DNA of 64,000 bases from Pseudolabrys sp. (GCA_036265125.1 DATAPP010000177.1:26505-90504), one strand, 5' to 3'. Shown: positions 20,552-29,776, counted from the first letter of the stretch. Numbers and translations: made by a program. The notes: generated by a model from the letters alone, not told the origin.

Positions 20552-20576
20552 GCGGCGCGGTTTTAGGCGGCGCCGC
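20552..20576 (-). other. Stem-loop between gltI and gltJ
   Basis: gcggcgc...gcgccgc 7-bp inverted repeat in the gap after the binding-protein gene. Confidence 0.45.
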
Positions 20577-20599
20577 GAAGTCTAGCGTCTATTTGGAGG

Positions 20600-21502
20600 C
20601 TATTGGTAGTCTTTGGGGTCGCCGCTGTCGGTCGGTTTGGCGACGACCTTCTTGAACGCCGCGCCCATCGGCAGGTTGAGATTGACGCCCCTGGGCGGGA
20701 TCGGCTTGAGGAACCACTTGTCGTAGATCCCGTTGATCTCGCCGCTCTTGTAGACGGCAACCATGGCGTCATCGACCACTTTCTTGAATGCCGGATCGTC
20801 CTTGCGCAGCATGATTCCATAGGGCTCAACCGACAGTGCAGCGGCGGAGATTTCGTAGTCTTTCGGCTCCTTCGAGCCTGCGACAAGGCTGTAGAGCAAA
20901 ATGTCGTCCATCACGAAGGCGGCGGCGCGGCCGGTCTCGACCATCAGGAAGGCCTCGGCGTGATCCTTGGCCGGCAGAATGGTGAGACCGAGATTTTTCT
21001 CGGTGTTGAGCTCGGTGATCTGCTTGATGTTGGTGGTGCCGGAGGTCGAGACCACGGTCTTGCCCTTGAGGTCCTCGAGCTTGTCGAGCTTGCTGGCCTT
21101 TTTCGATACGAAGCGGTTGGCCGTGACGAAATGGGTGATCGTGAAGGAGACCTGCTTCTGCCGCTCGAGATTGTTGGTCGTCGAGCCGCATTCAAGATCG
21201 ACCGTGCCGTTCGCGATGAGCGGGATACGCGTGGCGGATGTAACGGGCTGTAGTTTGACGTCGAGCTTGGCCAGCTTGAGATTTGCTTTCACCGCATCGA
21301 CGATCTTGTTGCAGAGGTCCATGGCGTAACCGACGACCTGCTGCTTGTCGTCATAATAGGAAAATGGAATCGAGGATTCACGATGGCCGATCGTGATCGT
21401 ACCCGTATCCTTGATTTTCTTAAGCGTTCCTTCCTGCGCTACCGCGGTACCGGCGAGCAGGCCGGTGGCAGCAATTGTCATGGCTATCGCCTTCAAACGC
21501 AT
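20600..21502 (-). CDS. gltI: Glutamate/aspartate ABC substrate-binding protein
   Basis: Signal peptide; GHRESSIPFSY, VTSATRIPL..NGTVDLECGSTTNN.ERQKQV, FVMDD.LL. Confidence 0.9.
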   Translation of the reverse strand: MRLKAIAMTIAATGLLAGTAVAQEGTLKKIKDTGTITIGHRESSIPFSYYDDKQQVVGYAMDLCNKIVDAVKANLKLAKLDVKLQPVTSATRIPLIANGTVDLECGSTTNNLERQKQVSFTITHFVTANRFVSKKASKLDKLEDLKGKTVVSTSGTTNIKQITELNTEKNLGLTILPAKDHAEAFLMVETGRAAAFVMDDILLYSLVAGSKEPKDYEISAAALSVEPYGIMLRKDDPAFKKVVDDAMVAVYKSGEINGIYDKWFLKPIPPRGVNLNLPMGAAFKKVVAKPTDSGDPKDYQ

Positions 21503-21828
21503 CGAAACCCCCGTAAAATCCACGCATTATCCGATGATGCGGCGCCGTTATGGTGCCGGACGGTTGCGTGACCGGGTTTTATCATAGTCCCGGGGCTGAT
21601 TTCCAAACATAGGTGACAGCGTGATCGGGTGAGGTGACCTGTATTGTCAGCCTGGACGTCAACCTTGGCCCAAAAAGCGGATATTCCGCCGTGTCCAAGC
21701 CGTGTTTGCTCAAGGGCCACACAACGGCGGAACTGGAACTGATGCGGGGCGATCAAGACCTCGTGACGACAACGCAGGATCGGTCCGGCCGTGGTGTTCA
21801 TTGCATAGATCAACCAAAGGAGGGTCTG

Positions 21829-22224
21829 ATGCGTAGGCTTCTAATTGCCTTGGCAATCGCACTGCTGCCCTCGATTGCTCTCGCGCACGGTCATGGCGGA
21901 GGTGGCGGCGGTCACGGCGGCGGTCACATGGGTGGTGGCTGGAGTGGCGGTCACATGGGTGGTGGCTGGAGTGGCGGTCGCGTAAGCGGTGGCATGAGCA
22001 GCCGCGCCGCTGTCGGTGGCGTCCGCGTTGGCGCCTGGAACGGCAGCCGGTCGGCCGCGTGGAGCCGAGGCGCCTTCCACGGCCACGGAAGGTTCGTGCA
22101 TCGCCACGGCCGAGTCTTCTTCGTCGGCGGCGGACCGTGGTGGGTCGACGGCTACGACAGTTGCTGGAGCTGGGTTCCGACGGCGTGGGGACCGCGTCGC
22201 GTCTGGGCCTGCGACTACTTCTAA
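21829..22224 (+). CDS. Small secreted Gly/His/Trp/Arg-rich protein (Rhizobiales type)
   Basis: GGAGG RBS; signal peptide MRRLLIALAIALLPSIALA; GGHMGGGWS repeats; C-terminal CWSWVPTAWGPRRVWAC. Confidence 0.8.
   Translation: MRRLLIALAIALLPSIALAHGHGGGGGGHGGGHMGGGWSGGHMGGGWSGGRVSGGMSSRAAVGGVRVGAWNGSRSAAWSRGAFHGHGRFVHRHGRVFFVGGGPWWVDGYDSCWSWVPTAWGPRRVWACDYF
21919..21979 (+). repeat. 27-bp tandem repeat, about 2.3 copies (GGHMGGGWS)
   Basis: ggcggtcacatgggtggtggctggagt exact at 21919-21945 and 21946-21972, partial third copy. Confidence 0.9.
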
Positions 22225-22248
22225 CGACCGAGCCTTGTGTAGCTCATA

Positions 22249-22271
22249 GCCGCCCCCTGAGCGGGGGCGGC
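22249..22271. terminator. GC-rich hairpin between convergent genes
   Basis: GCCGCCCCC-tgagc-GGGGGCGGC perfect 9-bp stem; no clear U-tract. Confidence 0.5.
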
Positions 22272-22413
22272 GCCCGCTTGTCCATGCGCAGCGCGGTGCT
22301 CACCCAGGCGATGCGTTCGCAACGCTGTTTGATCACCTGATCGCGCGTGCGAGCAACCAAAGCAAACGCTGAAAAGGTCGGCCTGGGCCGCACAAACGAA
22401 CGAGTCTCAAGCG

Positions 22414-23439
22414 TCACAATGTACGCGTCACTTTGCTCAGGTAAGGCGGATTGTCGGGATCGAAGCCTCGCCGCCGAGCGATTACCTCGATGGCGCGGTA
22501 GGCCGGGATGAGCATAACGACGGGATCGCAAACCGGGTGGCCGTCGCCGATCCAGGGCAGCGTCCCTGCCGCGCCTCCGGCGATGAACACGGTTTCACCC
22601 GCATCGTTCAGGTCACTGACGAGGTCGTCGATAGCGACAGCGGCCGGGTCGTTCTGTCGCAACACCAGCACCGGCGTTGTCGGCGTGATCGATGCGCGCG
22701 GGCCGTGCCGCAGTTCGGCTGCGCTGTAACCGAGAGCAGGAACCCGCAGGATTTCAGCGACCTTGAGCGCGATCTCGCGGACGCAACCGAGGCCATATCC
22801 ACGTCCTACGATAAACGCTGCCGTGGCGCCCGCCGCATTGTCGGCCCAGGCCGACCAATCGCAGGCGAGCGCGCCGGACAATCGGAGCGGAAGATGCTGG
22901 AGGCCGTCGTTCAGATCGTCGCCGCGTGCCATCGTCGCTACCAGCCGCGCTCCGGCAATCATCGACAGCACGACGGTCTTGGTCGCCGCGACGGCGTGCT
23001 CGGTTCCCGCGCCAATTGGCAAGACCAGCTCGGAGGCGGCGGCAGCGGGAGAGTTTTCGTCATTGACGATGGCAAGCGTCAGCGCCCCGAACTTGCGCGC
23101 AACTTGCGTCGCTTCGATGAGATCGGGACTGCGCCCGGACTGCGACACCACGACGAACAAGGCGTCCCGGAAATCCGGAGGCCGCTGATAGGCCGTCACG
23201 ACGGAAGGTGCGGCGGCGGATGCGAGCAGGCCAAGCCGCGCCTCAAAAAGGTAGCGCAGATAAACTCCGACATGACCGGAGCTGCCGCGCCCGCAGAAAA
23301 CGACGATGCGCGGCCTGGCCCGCTCGAGCCGCTCGGCGATCGCCGCGAACACATCGGTACGCGCGAGAAGACGCTCGGCCGCCGCCGGGATTTCGGCGGT
23401 CTCGCGTGCCATTGCACTTCCCGTATTTGATTCAGCCAT
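22414..23439 (-). CDS. Double-SIS protein, glucosamine-6-phosphate deaminase NagB-II/GlmS C-terminal-like
   Basis: GRGSSGH, SQSGRSPD, AVAATKT, GRG...REIALK.AE, AELRHGP; start overlaps the murQ stop. Confidence 0.87.
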   Translation of the reverse strand: MAESNTGSAMARETAEIPAAAERLLARTDVFAAIAERLERARPRIVVFCGRGSSGHVGVYLRYLFEARLGLLASAAAPSVVTAYQRPPDFRDALFVVVSQSGRSPDLIEATQVARKFGALTLAIVNDENSPAAAASELVLPIGAGTEHAVAATKTVVLSMIAGARLVATMARGDDLNDGLQHLPLRLSGALACDWSAWADNAAGATAAFIVGRGYGLGCVREIALKVAEILRVPALGYSAAELRHGPRASITPTTPVLVLRQNDPAAVAIDDLVSDLNDAGETVFIAGGAAGTLPWIGDGHPVCDPVVMLIPAYRAIEVIARRRGFDPDNPPYLSKVTRTL

Positions 23440-24337
23440 CGTCGTCCGTGGAGGCGTCCCTGGACGCGTTGATGGCCGAGCGCAGATTGCCACCGTGGCG
23501 CTGCAGCAGCTGCGCGGCTTCGCTGCGGCTCAGTCCCAAGCCGAGCAGGACAGCCGTCTTCACATGCCCGTCTGCCTGTTCAAGATAGCGCGCCGCGTCG
23601 CCTTCCGGACAGCGGACAATTTCGCTGACCATGGCTTCCGCGCGCCGGCGCAACTTGGCGTTCCGCGCCCGCATATCCACCATCAAGCCGCGATAGACGC
23701 GGCCCATCTTCACCATCACGGCAGTCGAGAACAGGTTCAGCACGATCTTCTGGGCAGTGCCTGCTTTCATCCGGGTTGAACCGGCGATCACCTCGCTTCC
23801 CGTGTCGGCGAGGATGCGATGACGCGCGACCTCAAACAGCGGAGCGCCCGGGTTGTTGGCGACGGCGATTGTCACCGCACCCAGGGCACTGGATGCGCGC
23901 AAGGCGCCGATCGTAAACGGAGTCGTGCCACTCGCGGCGACGCCGATGACGACATCATTGGCGCCGATCTTTGCGTCCGTCATGGCCTGCGCCCCGGCGG
24001 CTTCGTTGTCTTCCGCCTGCTCGGCGCTGCGGACGAGCGCGTCAAGCCCGCCTGCCATGGCGAATACAAGACGATCGGGGGGCCAGTCATAGGTTGGCGG
24101 CAGCTCGCTTCCATCCTGCACGCCGATGCGCCCGGACGTGCCGGCCCCGGCGTAGACAATCCGTCCGCCTTGCTGCAGCGCCAGCACCGCGTCGTCAACG
24201 GCTGCGGCGATCGCGCCGAGGGCGCCGCGAACTGCCGCGGCTGCCGCAAGCTGCCCCTCATACATGGCGGCGATCATCTCGGCTGCGGACCAGGAATCGA
24301 GTTCGACGTAACGTGGGCTGATTTGCTCGGTGCGCAT
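23432..24337 (-). CDS. murQ: N-acetylmuramic acid 6-phosphate etherase
   Basis: TEQISPR..ELD, YAGAGTSGRIGVQDGSELPPTY, AED, GSEVIAGSTRMKAGTAQK.VLN, MVDM. Confidence 0.92.
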   Translation of the reverse strand: MRTEQISPRYVELDSWSAAEMIAAMYEGQLAAAAAVRGALGAIAAAVDDAVLALQQGGRIVYAGAGTSGRIGVQDGSELPPTYDWPPDRLVFAMAGGLDALVRSAEQAEDNEAAGAQAMTDAKIGANDVVIGVAASGTTPFTIGALRASSALGAVTIAVANNPGAPLFEVARHRILADTGSEVIAGSTRMKAGTAQKIVLNLFSTAVMVKMGRVYRGLMVDMRARNAKLRRRAEAMVSEIVRCPEGDAARYLEQADGHVKTAVLLGLGLSRSEAAQLLQRHGGNLRSAINASRDASTDDDG

Positions 24338-24406
24338 GACCCTGTCTCGGTTATGTCGCTAACGCGGCCGGCTTTCGCTCCATTTCGATACGTCGGCGCG
24401 CGGACA

Positions 24407-25297
24407 CTATCCCTTCATGACGGCACGCCGGGCGAGATGCAAGGCGCCATCCAGCGCATCGCCCTCGACCGGAACCAGCCGACGTTGGACATCCGGCGCC
24501 AGCCACGGCTCCATCGACGATGCGAGGCCGCCGAGCAGGGCGATGCGCGAAGCGCCGCACTCGAAGAGCCGGCGCACCAACTCGTCGATCTGCTCCGCGG
24601 CGTCCCGGACGATCCGCCGCGCCACCGGATCTCCGGCATCCGCGTGCCGCATCACCAGGGGTGCGAAGGTCGCATAGTCGGTGGCCGTCGCGTGATCCAT
24701 CCAGGCCACCACCTCGAACGGATCGTTGTGGAAGCGCATCATCACGTCGCGCGTGAGGCTGGTGCCGACGGCGCGCTCGTCGTAGGCGCGCAACGCCAGA
24801 CGGATCGCGTGCAACCCGAGATCGGCCCCGCTACCCTCGTCGGATATGGGAAAACCGTAGCCACCAACCCTGACCTCGCGTTCCCCGACAACGGCAAAGC
24901 CGACGCTACCCGTTCCGACGATGACGATGCCACCGTCCCGGGCGCCATGCGCCCCGATACAGGCGATCGTCGCGTCATGAGCGTAAATGACAGAGCGAAA
25001 GGGATGCGGCCGTAGCTCGAGCTGCTCGAGCACCCCTTTGCGGCCGATCCCGGCGAGCCCGACAGCGGCATGCACGGAGCCCAGTACGTTAGGTCCAAGC
25101 CCGGCTTCCTCGAGCGCGACGCGGCAGGCCTTTTCCACTTCGGCAAGCGCGCGGTCGACTCCGATTCGCAGCGCGGCAGGGCCGGCAATGCCGGTCCCGA
25201 GCAGGCACCCCTCGGCGTCCTCGATACGCGCGCGGCAGCCCGTGCCGCCGCCGTCAACGCCGACGAACAGCGCACCAGATTGTGCGGTCGCCGTCAT
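24407..25297 (-). CDS. BadF/BadG/BcrA/BcrD-type N-acetylglucosamine/N-acetylmuramate kinase (NagK-II/MurK-like)
   Basis: VGVDGGGTGCRA, HDATIACIGAH, IVIVGTGS, GGYGFPISDEGSGA, LLGGLA; ATGA overlap with the murA stop. Confidence 0.88.
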   Translation of the reverse strand: MTATAQSGALFVGVDGGGTGCRARIEDAEGCLLGTGIAGPAALRIGVDRALAEVEKACRVALEEAGLGPNVLGSVHAAVGLAGIGRKGVLEQLELRPHPFRSVIYAHDATIACIGAHGARDGGIVIVGTGSVGFAVVGEREVRVGGYGFPISDEGSGADLGLHAIRLALRAYDERAVGTSLTRDVMMRFHNDPFEVVAWMDHATATDYATFAPLVMRHADAGDPVARRIVRDAAEQIDELVRRLFECGASRIALLGGLASSMEPWLAPDVQRRLVPVEGDALDGALHLARRAVMKG

Positions 25298-26556
25298 TCT
25301 GCGACTCGCTGGATATCGGCCCCGCACTGAACCAGCTTGCGGTCGAGCGACTCATACCCGCGATCGAGATGGTAGATGCGATGGACGGTCGTTTCGCCCT
25401 CGGCCACCAGGGCGGCGAGGACCAGGCTCACCGATGCGCGCAAGTCTGTAGCCATCACTTCCGCGCCATGCAGCCGCTCAACGCCACGCACCAGCGCCGT
25501 CGAACCTTGCAGCGAGATGTTGGCACCGAGCCGCCCGAGTTCGGGGACGTGCATGAATCGGCTCTCGTACACAGTCTCGCGGATGACCGATGCACCTGAT
25601 GCGATGATCATCAAGGCCGTGAACTGCGCCTGCAGGTCCGTAGGAAATCCGGGATAAGGTTCCGTCACGACGTCGACGGCCTGCAGGGGCCCAGAGCGGA
25701 CAACCATCAGACCCCGGTCGGTCGGCCAGATCTGGACTCCGGCACTTTCCAGCACCGCGCCGACCGATCCGAGATGCTCGAGATGCGCGCCGAGAATCTC
25801 GAGATGTCCGCCGGTGATCGCAGCCGCGATGGCGTAGGTCCCGGCCTCGATGCGGTCAGTGATCAGATCGTGGTGGGCGTCGTGGAGGGCATCCACCCCC
25901 TGCACCAGAATCCGATGCGTCCCGACACCTTGGATGCGCGCTCCCATCGCGGACAGGCAGAGCGCAAGGTCGCTGACTTCGGGATCGCGCGCCGCGTTCA
26001 GGATCTCGCTTTCACCCCGTGCGAGGATCGCCGCCATCAAGGCCGTCTCGGTCGCTCCCACGGACGGCGAGGACAGCACGACGCGGGCGCCGCGCAGCCC
26101 GTCGCCTTTGGTCCGCGCGTGAATGTAACCGGACACGATGTCGACGTCGGCCCCGAGCGCGTCCAGCGCCTTGAGATGCAGATCGATCGGCCGCGCGCCG
26201 ATCGCGCAACCTCCGGGCAACGACACGCGCGCAGAACCGAAACGTGCCAGCAACGGTGCCAGAACCAGAATGCTGGCGCGCATGCGGCGGACCATGTCGT
26301 AGGGCGCCTGCGCGTTGCGCGCGCCGCTGGCATCCAGCACCAGCATTCGCCCAGGGCCGCGACTGGCGACCACGCCAAACTCCCGCATCATAACGAGCAT
26401 GGTGTCGACGTCCGTCACTTCGGGAACGTTTCCCAACTCCAGCCGTCCGGAACCGAGCAACGCAGCGGCAATCTGCGGCAGAACGGCGTTCTTCGCCCCG
26501 CAGATCTGGACCGAGCCTTCAATGCGATTGCCGCCACGAATGACTAGTCGGTCCAT
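25294..26556 (-). CDS. murA: UDP-N-acetylglucosamine 1-carboxyvinyltransferase (probable paralogue)
   Basis: GAKNAVLP, MRASILVLAPLLAR, VSLPGGCAIGARPIDLH (Cys115/Arg120 equivalents), SVGATE, GFPTDLQAQ, ATDLRAS, HLDRGYE. Confidence 0.95.
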   Translation of the reverse strand: MDRLVIRGGNRIEGSVQICGAKNAVLPQIAAALLGSGRLELGNVPEVTDVDTMLVMMREFGVVASRGPGRMLVLDASGARNAQAPYDMVRRMRASILVLAPLLARFGSARVSLPGGCAIGARPIDLHLKALDALGADVDIVSGYIHARTKGDGLRGARVVLSSPSVGATETALMAAILARGESEILNAARDPEVSDLALCLSAMGARIQGVGTHRILVQGVDALHDAHHDLITDRIEAGTYAIAAAITGGHLEILGAHLEHLGSVGAVLESAGVQIWPTDRGLMVVRSGPLQAVDVVTEPYPGFPTDLQAQFTALMIIASGASVIRETVYESRFMHVPELGRLGANISLQGSTALVRGVERLHGAEVMATDLRASVSLVLAALVAEGETTVHRIYHLDRGYESLDRKLVQCGADIQRVAE

Positions 26557-26692
26557 GCTGTTTCTCTTTTCGTCGCCTGGCCTGCGATCAGAAAAAGCGG
26601 GCACCGGCTTTGCGTCTGGTCAGATCGGCGCATCATCCTGTCGGCAAACGGTAGGCCGGTGACGCTCTGGGTATTCGGCGTCCTTTAACTTA

Positions 26693-26717
26693 GATTGGAT
26701 TTGTTGCGATACCAATC
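26693..26717. promoter_or_regulatory. Candidate operator in the murA/nagA divergent promoter region
   Basis: GATTGG-N13-CCAATC inverted repeat; includes GATACCAAT (reverse TGGTATC), resembling GntR-type amino-sugar regulator half-sites as I recall them. Confidence 0.3.
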
Positions 26718-26736
26718 CAGCCTGTCATGGACATCG

Positions 26737-27918
26737 ATGAGCCCGGGCCGAAACAATCCTGCAACCGCCGACAGTCATGCCATCCTGGCGGACCGTGTTT
26801 TTGACGGTCACGGCTGGCATGCCGAAGCCGCGGTGCTGGTCCGGGACGGACGCATCGCTGGACTGGGTGCCTGGGGCGATGTTTCCACCGATTGGCCGCA
26901 GACGCGCCTCCCGCGCGGCGTCTTCCTGGCCCCCGGCTTCATCGATCTGCAGGTCAACGGGGGCGGCGGCGTTTTGCTCAACGATCAACCGACGGCCGAC
27001 GGCATGCGTGCCATTGCCACGGCGCATCGCCGCTACGGCACCACAGCCTGCCTTCCAACCCTGATTACCGATACCCGCGAGCAGATGCGAACCGCCATTG
27101 CGGCTGCTCGCTCGATCGCCGGCCGGGACGGGGTCCTCGGTCTTCACCTGGAAGGTCCCTTCATCAGTCCGCAGCGTCCAGGCGTCCACCGGCCTGATCG
27201 GATCGCGCAACCCGCTGCGGGCGACCTGGAGGAATTGTGCGAACTTGCCGGCGCCGGCAGGTCATTGGTGACGCTGGCGCCCGAATGCGTTCCGGCGGGC
27301 TTTATCAGGACGTTGGTCTCCGCAGGAGTGCGGATTTCAATTGGCCACAGCGAGGCATCCGCTGGCGTTGTGATGCAGGCCGTCGCGGATGGTGCAACCG
27401 GCGTGACCCATCTGTTTAATGCAATGCCGCCGTTGAGTGCGCGTGCACCGGGGATCGTCGGTGTGGCGCTGGCAGAACGCCGGCTGACGGCAGGTCTCAT
27501 CGTCGACGGAATCCATGTCGATCCCGCTTCGGTCCGGGCCGCGTTTGCGGCGAAAGGCTACGACCGAATTGCGTTGGTCACCGATGCCATGCCGACAGTC
27601 GGGACATCGCTGGATCGTTTCGAACTGGTTGGTCGAACGATCAAGCTGGCTGACGGGCGGTTGACCACGGAAGAGGGAACGCTGGCGGGTGCACACCTGG
27701 ATATGGCCTCGGCGGTGCGTAATGCTGTCGGGCTGGCCAAGCTCCCGCTGGAGGACGCGCTGCGCGCCGCTTCGCTGACCCCCGCGCGATTTCTCGGCCT
27801 GGACAATGAGCGCGGATCGCTCGTTCAGGGCGCGCGCGCGGATCTCGTTGCTCTCACTGAGGAGATGAACGTCGTTGCAACCTGGCTCGACGGCAATACC
27901 GATACGAAAAGCGATTGA
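26737..27918 (+). CDS. nagA: N-acetylglucosamine-6-phosphate deacetylase
   Basis: PGFIDLQVNGGGG, GLHLEGPFI, VTLAPE, IGHSEA, VTHLFNAM, IVDGIHV, LVTDAM, LAGAHL. Confidence 0.95.
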   Translation: MSPGRNNPATADSHAILADRVFDGHGWHAEAAVLVRDGRIAGLGAWGDVSTDWPQTRLPRGVFLAPGFIDLQVNGGGGVLLNDQPTADGMRAIATAHRRYGTTACLPTLITDTREQMRTAIAAARSIAGRDGVLGLHLEGPFISPQRPGVHRPDRIAQPAAGDLEELCELAGAGRSLVTLAPECVPAGFIRTLVSAGVRISIGHSEASAGVVMQAVADGATGVTHLFNAMPPLSARAPGIVGVALAERRLTAGLIVDGIHVDPASVRAAFAAKGYDRIALVTDAMPTVGTSLDRFELVGRTIKLADGRLTTEEGTLAGAHLDMASAVRNAVGLAKLPLEDALRAASLTPARFLGLDNERGSLVQGARADLVALTEEMNVVATWLDGNTDTKSD

Positions 27919-27941
27919 CGCGGTGAATCAGCCTACGGCTT

Positions 27942-29144
27942 TCAGTAACGCAGGTGTTGCTGACGCTGGCCCAACCAAGCCTGCTCATCGGGTAACGCCA
28001 GCCGATCCAGGTCCTGCGGTGCCGCCGACGCATCGTCGACCCATTCTCGCAGCAACGGGCTGCCGTTGATGACATCGATAGGGAGTCTGCCGCGCTCGTA
28101 CTCGTAGGCGAAATCGCGCCACAGCGGGTAGTCCGGGTACAAACGGCGAATCGCCTTGAAAGCGAGCGCCTGGAGGCGCCAGGGTCTGAATGTCTGGTGA
28201 TCGTAGCCGGCCCCCTCAGTGTGTATCTGCACGCCGTGGCAAAGCTCACCCGCATGTTTGTGAAACGTGGGTTCGAACCAGCATTCGCGCAGGCGGCAGC
28301 CATCGAGCCATTGCGGGGCAAGGATCTCAATTTCCTTCATGACCGCTCGTGCATCCACATCGGGAGCGCCGAACTGCTCGAGCGGCCGCGTGGTGCCGCG
28401 TCCTTCCGAGAGCGTCGTGCCCTCGAGCATCACTGTCCCTGCATAGGCGCGCGCCATCCACAAGTTCGGCGCATTGGGACTGGGATTGATCCACGTGCGC
28501 GCGTTCAACGGCCAACCGAACCCCGGCGCGGCGTCGGGCTGCCAGCCCTGCATCTCGATAACCCGATACTCGACATCGAGTTTGAGCGTCCTGACGAACC
28601 ACAGACCCAGTTCGCCGAGCGTGAGTCCATGACGCATTGGCATCGGCCCGGCGCCGACAAAACTTTCCCAGCCGGCGCGCAGCGTTAAACCTTCGACAGG
28701 CCGGCCCACAGGATTGGGCCGATCGAGCACCCAGACAGTCTTGTGATGTTGCGATGCCGCTTCGAGAATGTAACGCAGGGTCGTGACAAACGTATAGATA
28801 CGGCAGCCAAGATCCTGCAGGTCGACAAGGATCACATCGAAGGCGTCCATCATGGCATCGGTCGGCTTGCGCACGTCTCGATAGAGGCTGAAGACCGGGA
28901 TGCCATGCACCGGATCGTTGAAGTCCGGCGACTCGATCATGTTGTCTTGCTTGTCGCCGCGCAGGCCGTGCTGCGGGCCGAAGGCGGCACTGATTGTCAT
29001 GCCGCTGCATGCGGCCAGTGCATCCAGCGTGTGCGTCAGGTTTTCCGTGACGGAAGCAGGATGCGCAAGCAACGCGACGCGCTTGCCCCTGAGTGGCGCA
29101 CGCAAAGTGGGTTCGGCGATGAGTCGATCGATGCCAAACTTCAT
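27942..29144 (-). CDS. namZ: DUF1343 / exo-beta-N-acetylmuramidase NamZ family protein, no signal peptide
   Basis: FGPQHG, PVFSLY, DLQDLGCRIYTF, VLDRPNP, RHGLTLGEL, PSPNAP, EGTTLSEGRGTTRPLE.FGAP. Confidence 0.88.
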   Translation of the reverse strand: MKFGIDRLIAEPTLRAPLRGKRVALLAHPASVTENLTHTLDALAACSGMTISAAFGPQHGLRGDKQDNMIESPDFNDPVHGIPVFSLYRDVRKPTDAMMDAFDVILVDLQDLGCRIYTFVTTLRYILEAASQHHKTVWVLDRPNPVGRPVEGLTLRAGWESFVGAGPMPMRHGLTLGELGLWFVRTLKLDVEYRVIEMQGWQPDAAPGFGWPLNARTWINPSPNAPNLWMARAYAGTVMLEGTTLSEGRGTTRPLEQFGAPDVDARAVMKEIEILAPQWLDGCRLRECWFEPTFHKHAGELCHGVQIHTEGAGYDHQTFRPWRLQALAFKAIRRLYPDYPLWRDFAYEYERGRLPIDVINGSPLLREWVDDASAAPQDLDRLALPDEQAWLGQRQQHLRY

Positions 29145-29695
29145 GGTTGCACGGCCGGAGAAAACTCATGCGCAAAAGAGTCCGCGTGATGAAAGTCCGG
29201 CTTCCCGGGCGGATGCGCCAGCGCCCAGTATGACTTTTGGCCACCTGTATCTTCGATTAACGCCGACAAACCGAGACGCCACAAGGCCTTACGTGGCAAA
29301 TCCGACAGGCGATCCAGCTCGAGCGAGGTCTCCAATGTGTAGCAGTCGGGGCTCGATCGCACGTCGATTGGAGGCGCGCCGATCTCGGTCGCCACACTCA
29401 TACCGCTTCTATAGCTGCTGAACCGATATGCCGCCCATTGTGTCGAAGGCGCAAAGTTGAATTCGTAATATTCCACGCCCGATGAAGCCCGGACAAATGC
29501 CTCAAAGCAGGTGTGCCGCCAAAGCTCGTCGCTGCGCACGGCGGCCGCGACATGCGGCATGCGGATGTCGCTCATCTTGCCGGTCACGATATAGGACAAC
29601 ACCAAACTATCGGTGCGCGGACGCGCAATCTCTACTTCAACGTGGGCCGCTGCCAGGCAACGCGAGTCCGGATGAGGTTTCAGCACGTGGCGCAT
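29141..29695 (-). CDS. DOMON-like domain protein (resembles the DOMON_murB_like group)
   Basis: DELWRHTCFEAFV, YYEFNFAPS..WAAYRF..YR, YWALAHP.GKPDFHH; ATGA overlap with namZ. Confidence 0.75.
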   Translation of the reverse strand: MRHVLKPHPDSRCLAAAHVEVEIARPRTDSLVLSYIVTGKMSDIRMPHVAAAVRSDELWRHTCFEAFVRASSGVEYYEFNFAPSTQWAAYRFSSYRSGMSVATEIGAPPIDVRSSPDCYTLETSLELDRLSDLPRKALWRLGLSALIEDTGGQKSYWALAHPPGKPDFHHADSFAHEFSPAVQP

Positions 29696-29776
29696 ACCGA
29701 CATTCTATAGGTCGGATCATTGTTGTCACATGGTGCAGAGACGGTGCTTGCTCGGGAGCGCCGAGCCTGCGGGTCA

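Noticed and set aside
22272-22413. Possible gene fragment downstream of the SIS gene
   Set aside because: No RBS/start context or recognisable motif.
24338-24406. Possible remnant of a deleted GntR regulator between kinase and murQ (short MERKPAALAT ORF)
   Set aside because: No recognisable GntR sequence; too short to support.
23819-25015. 398-aa plus-strand ORF
   Set aside because: Shadow of murQ and the kinase.
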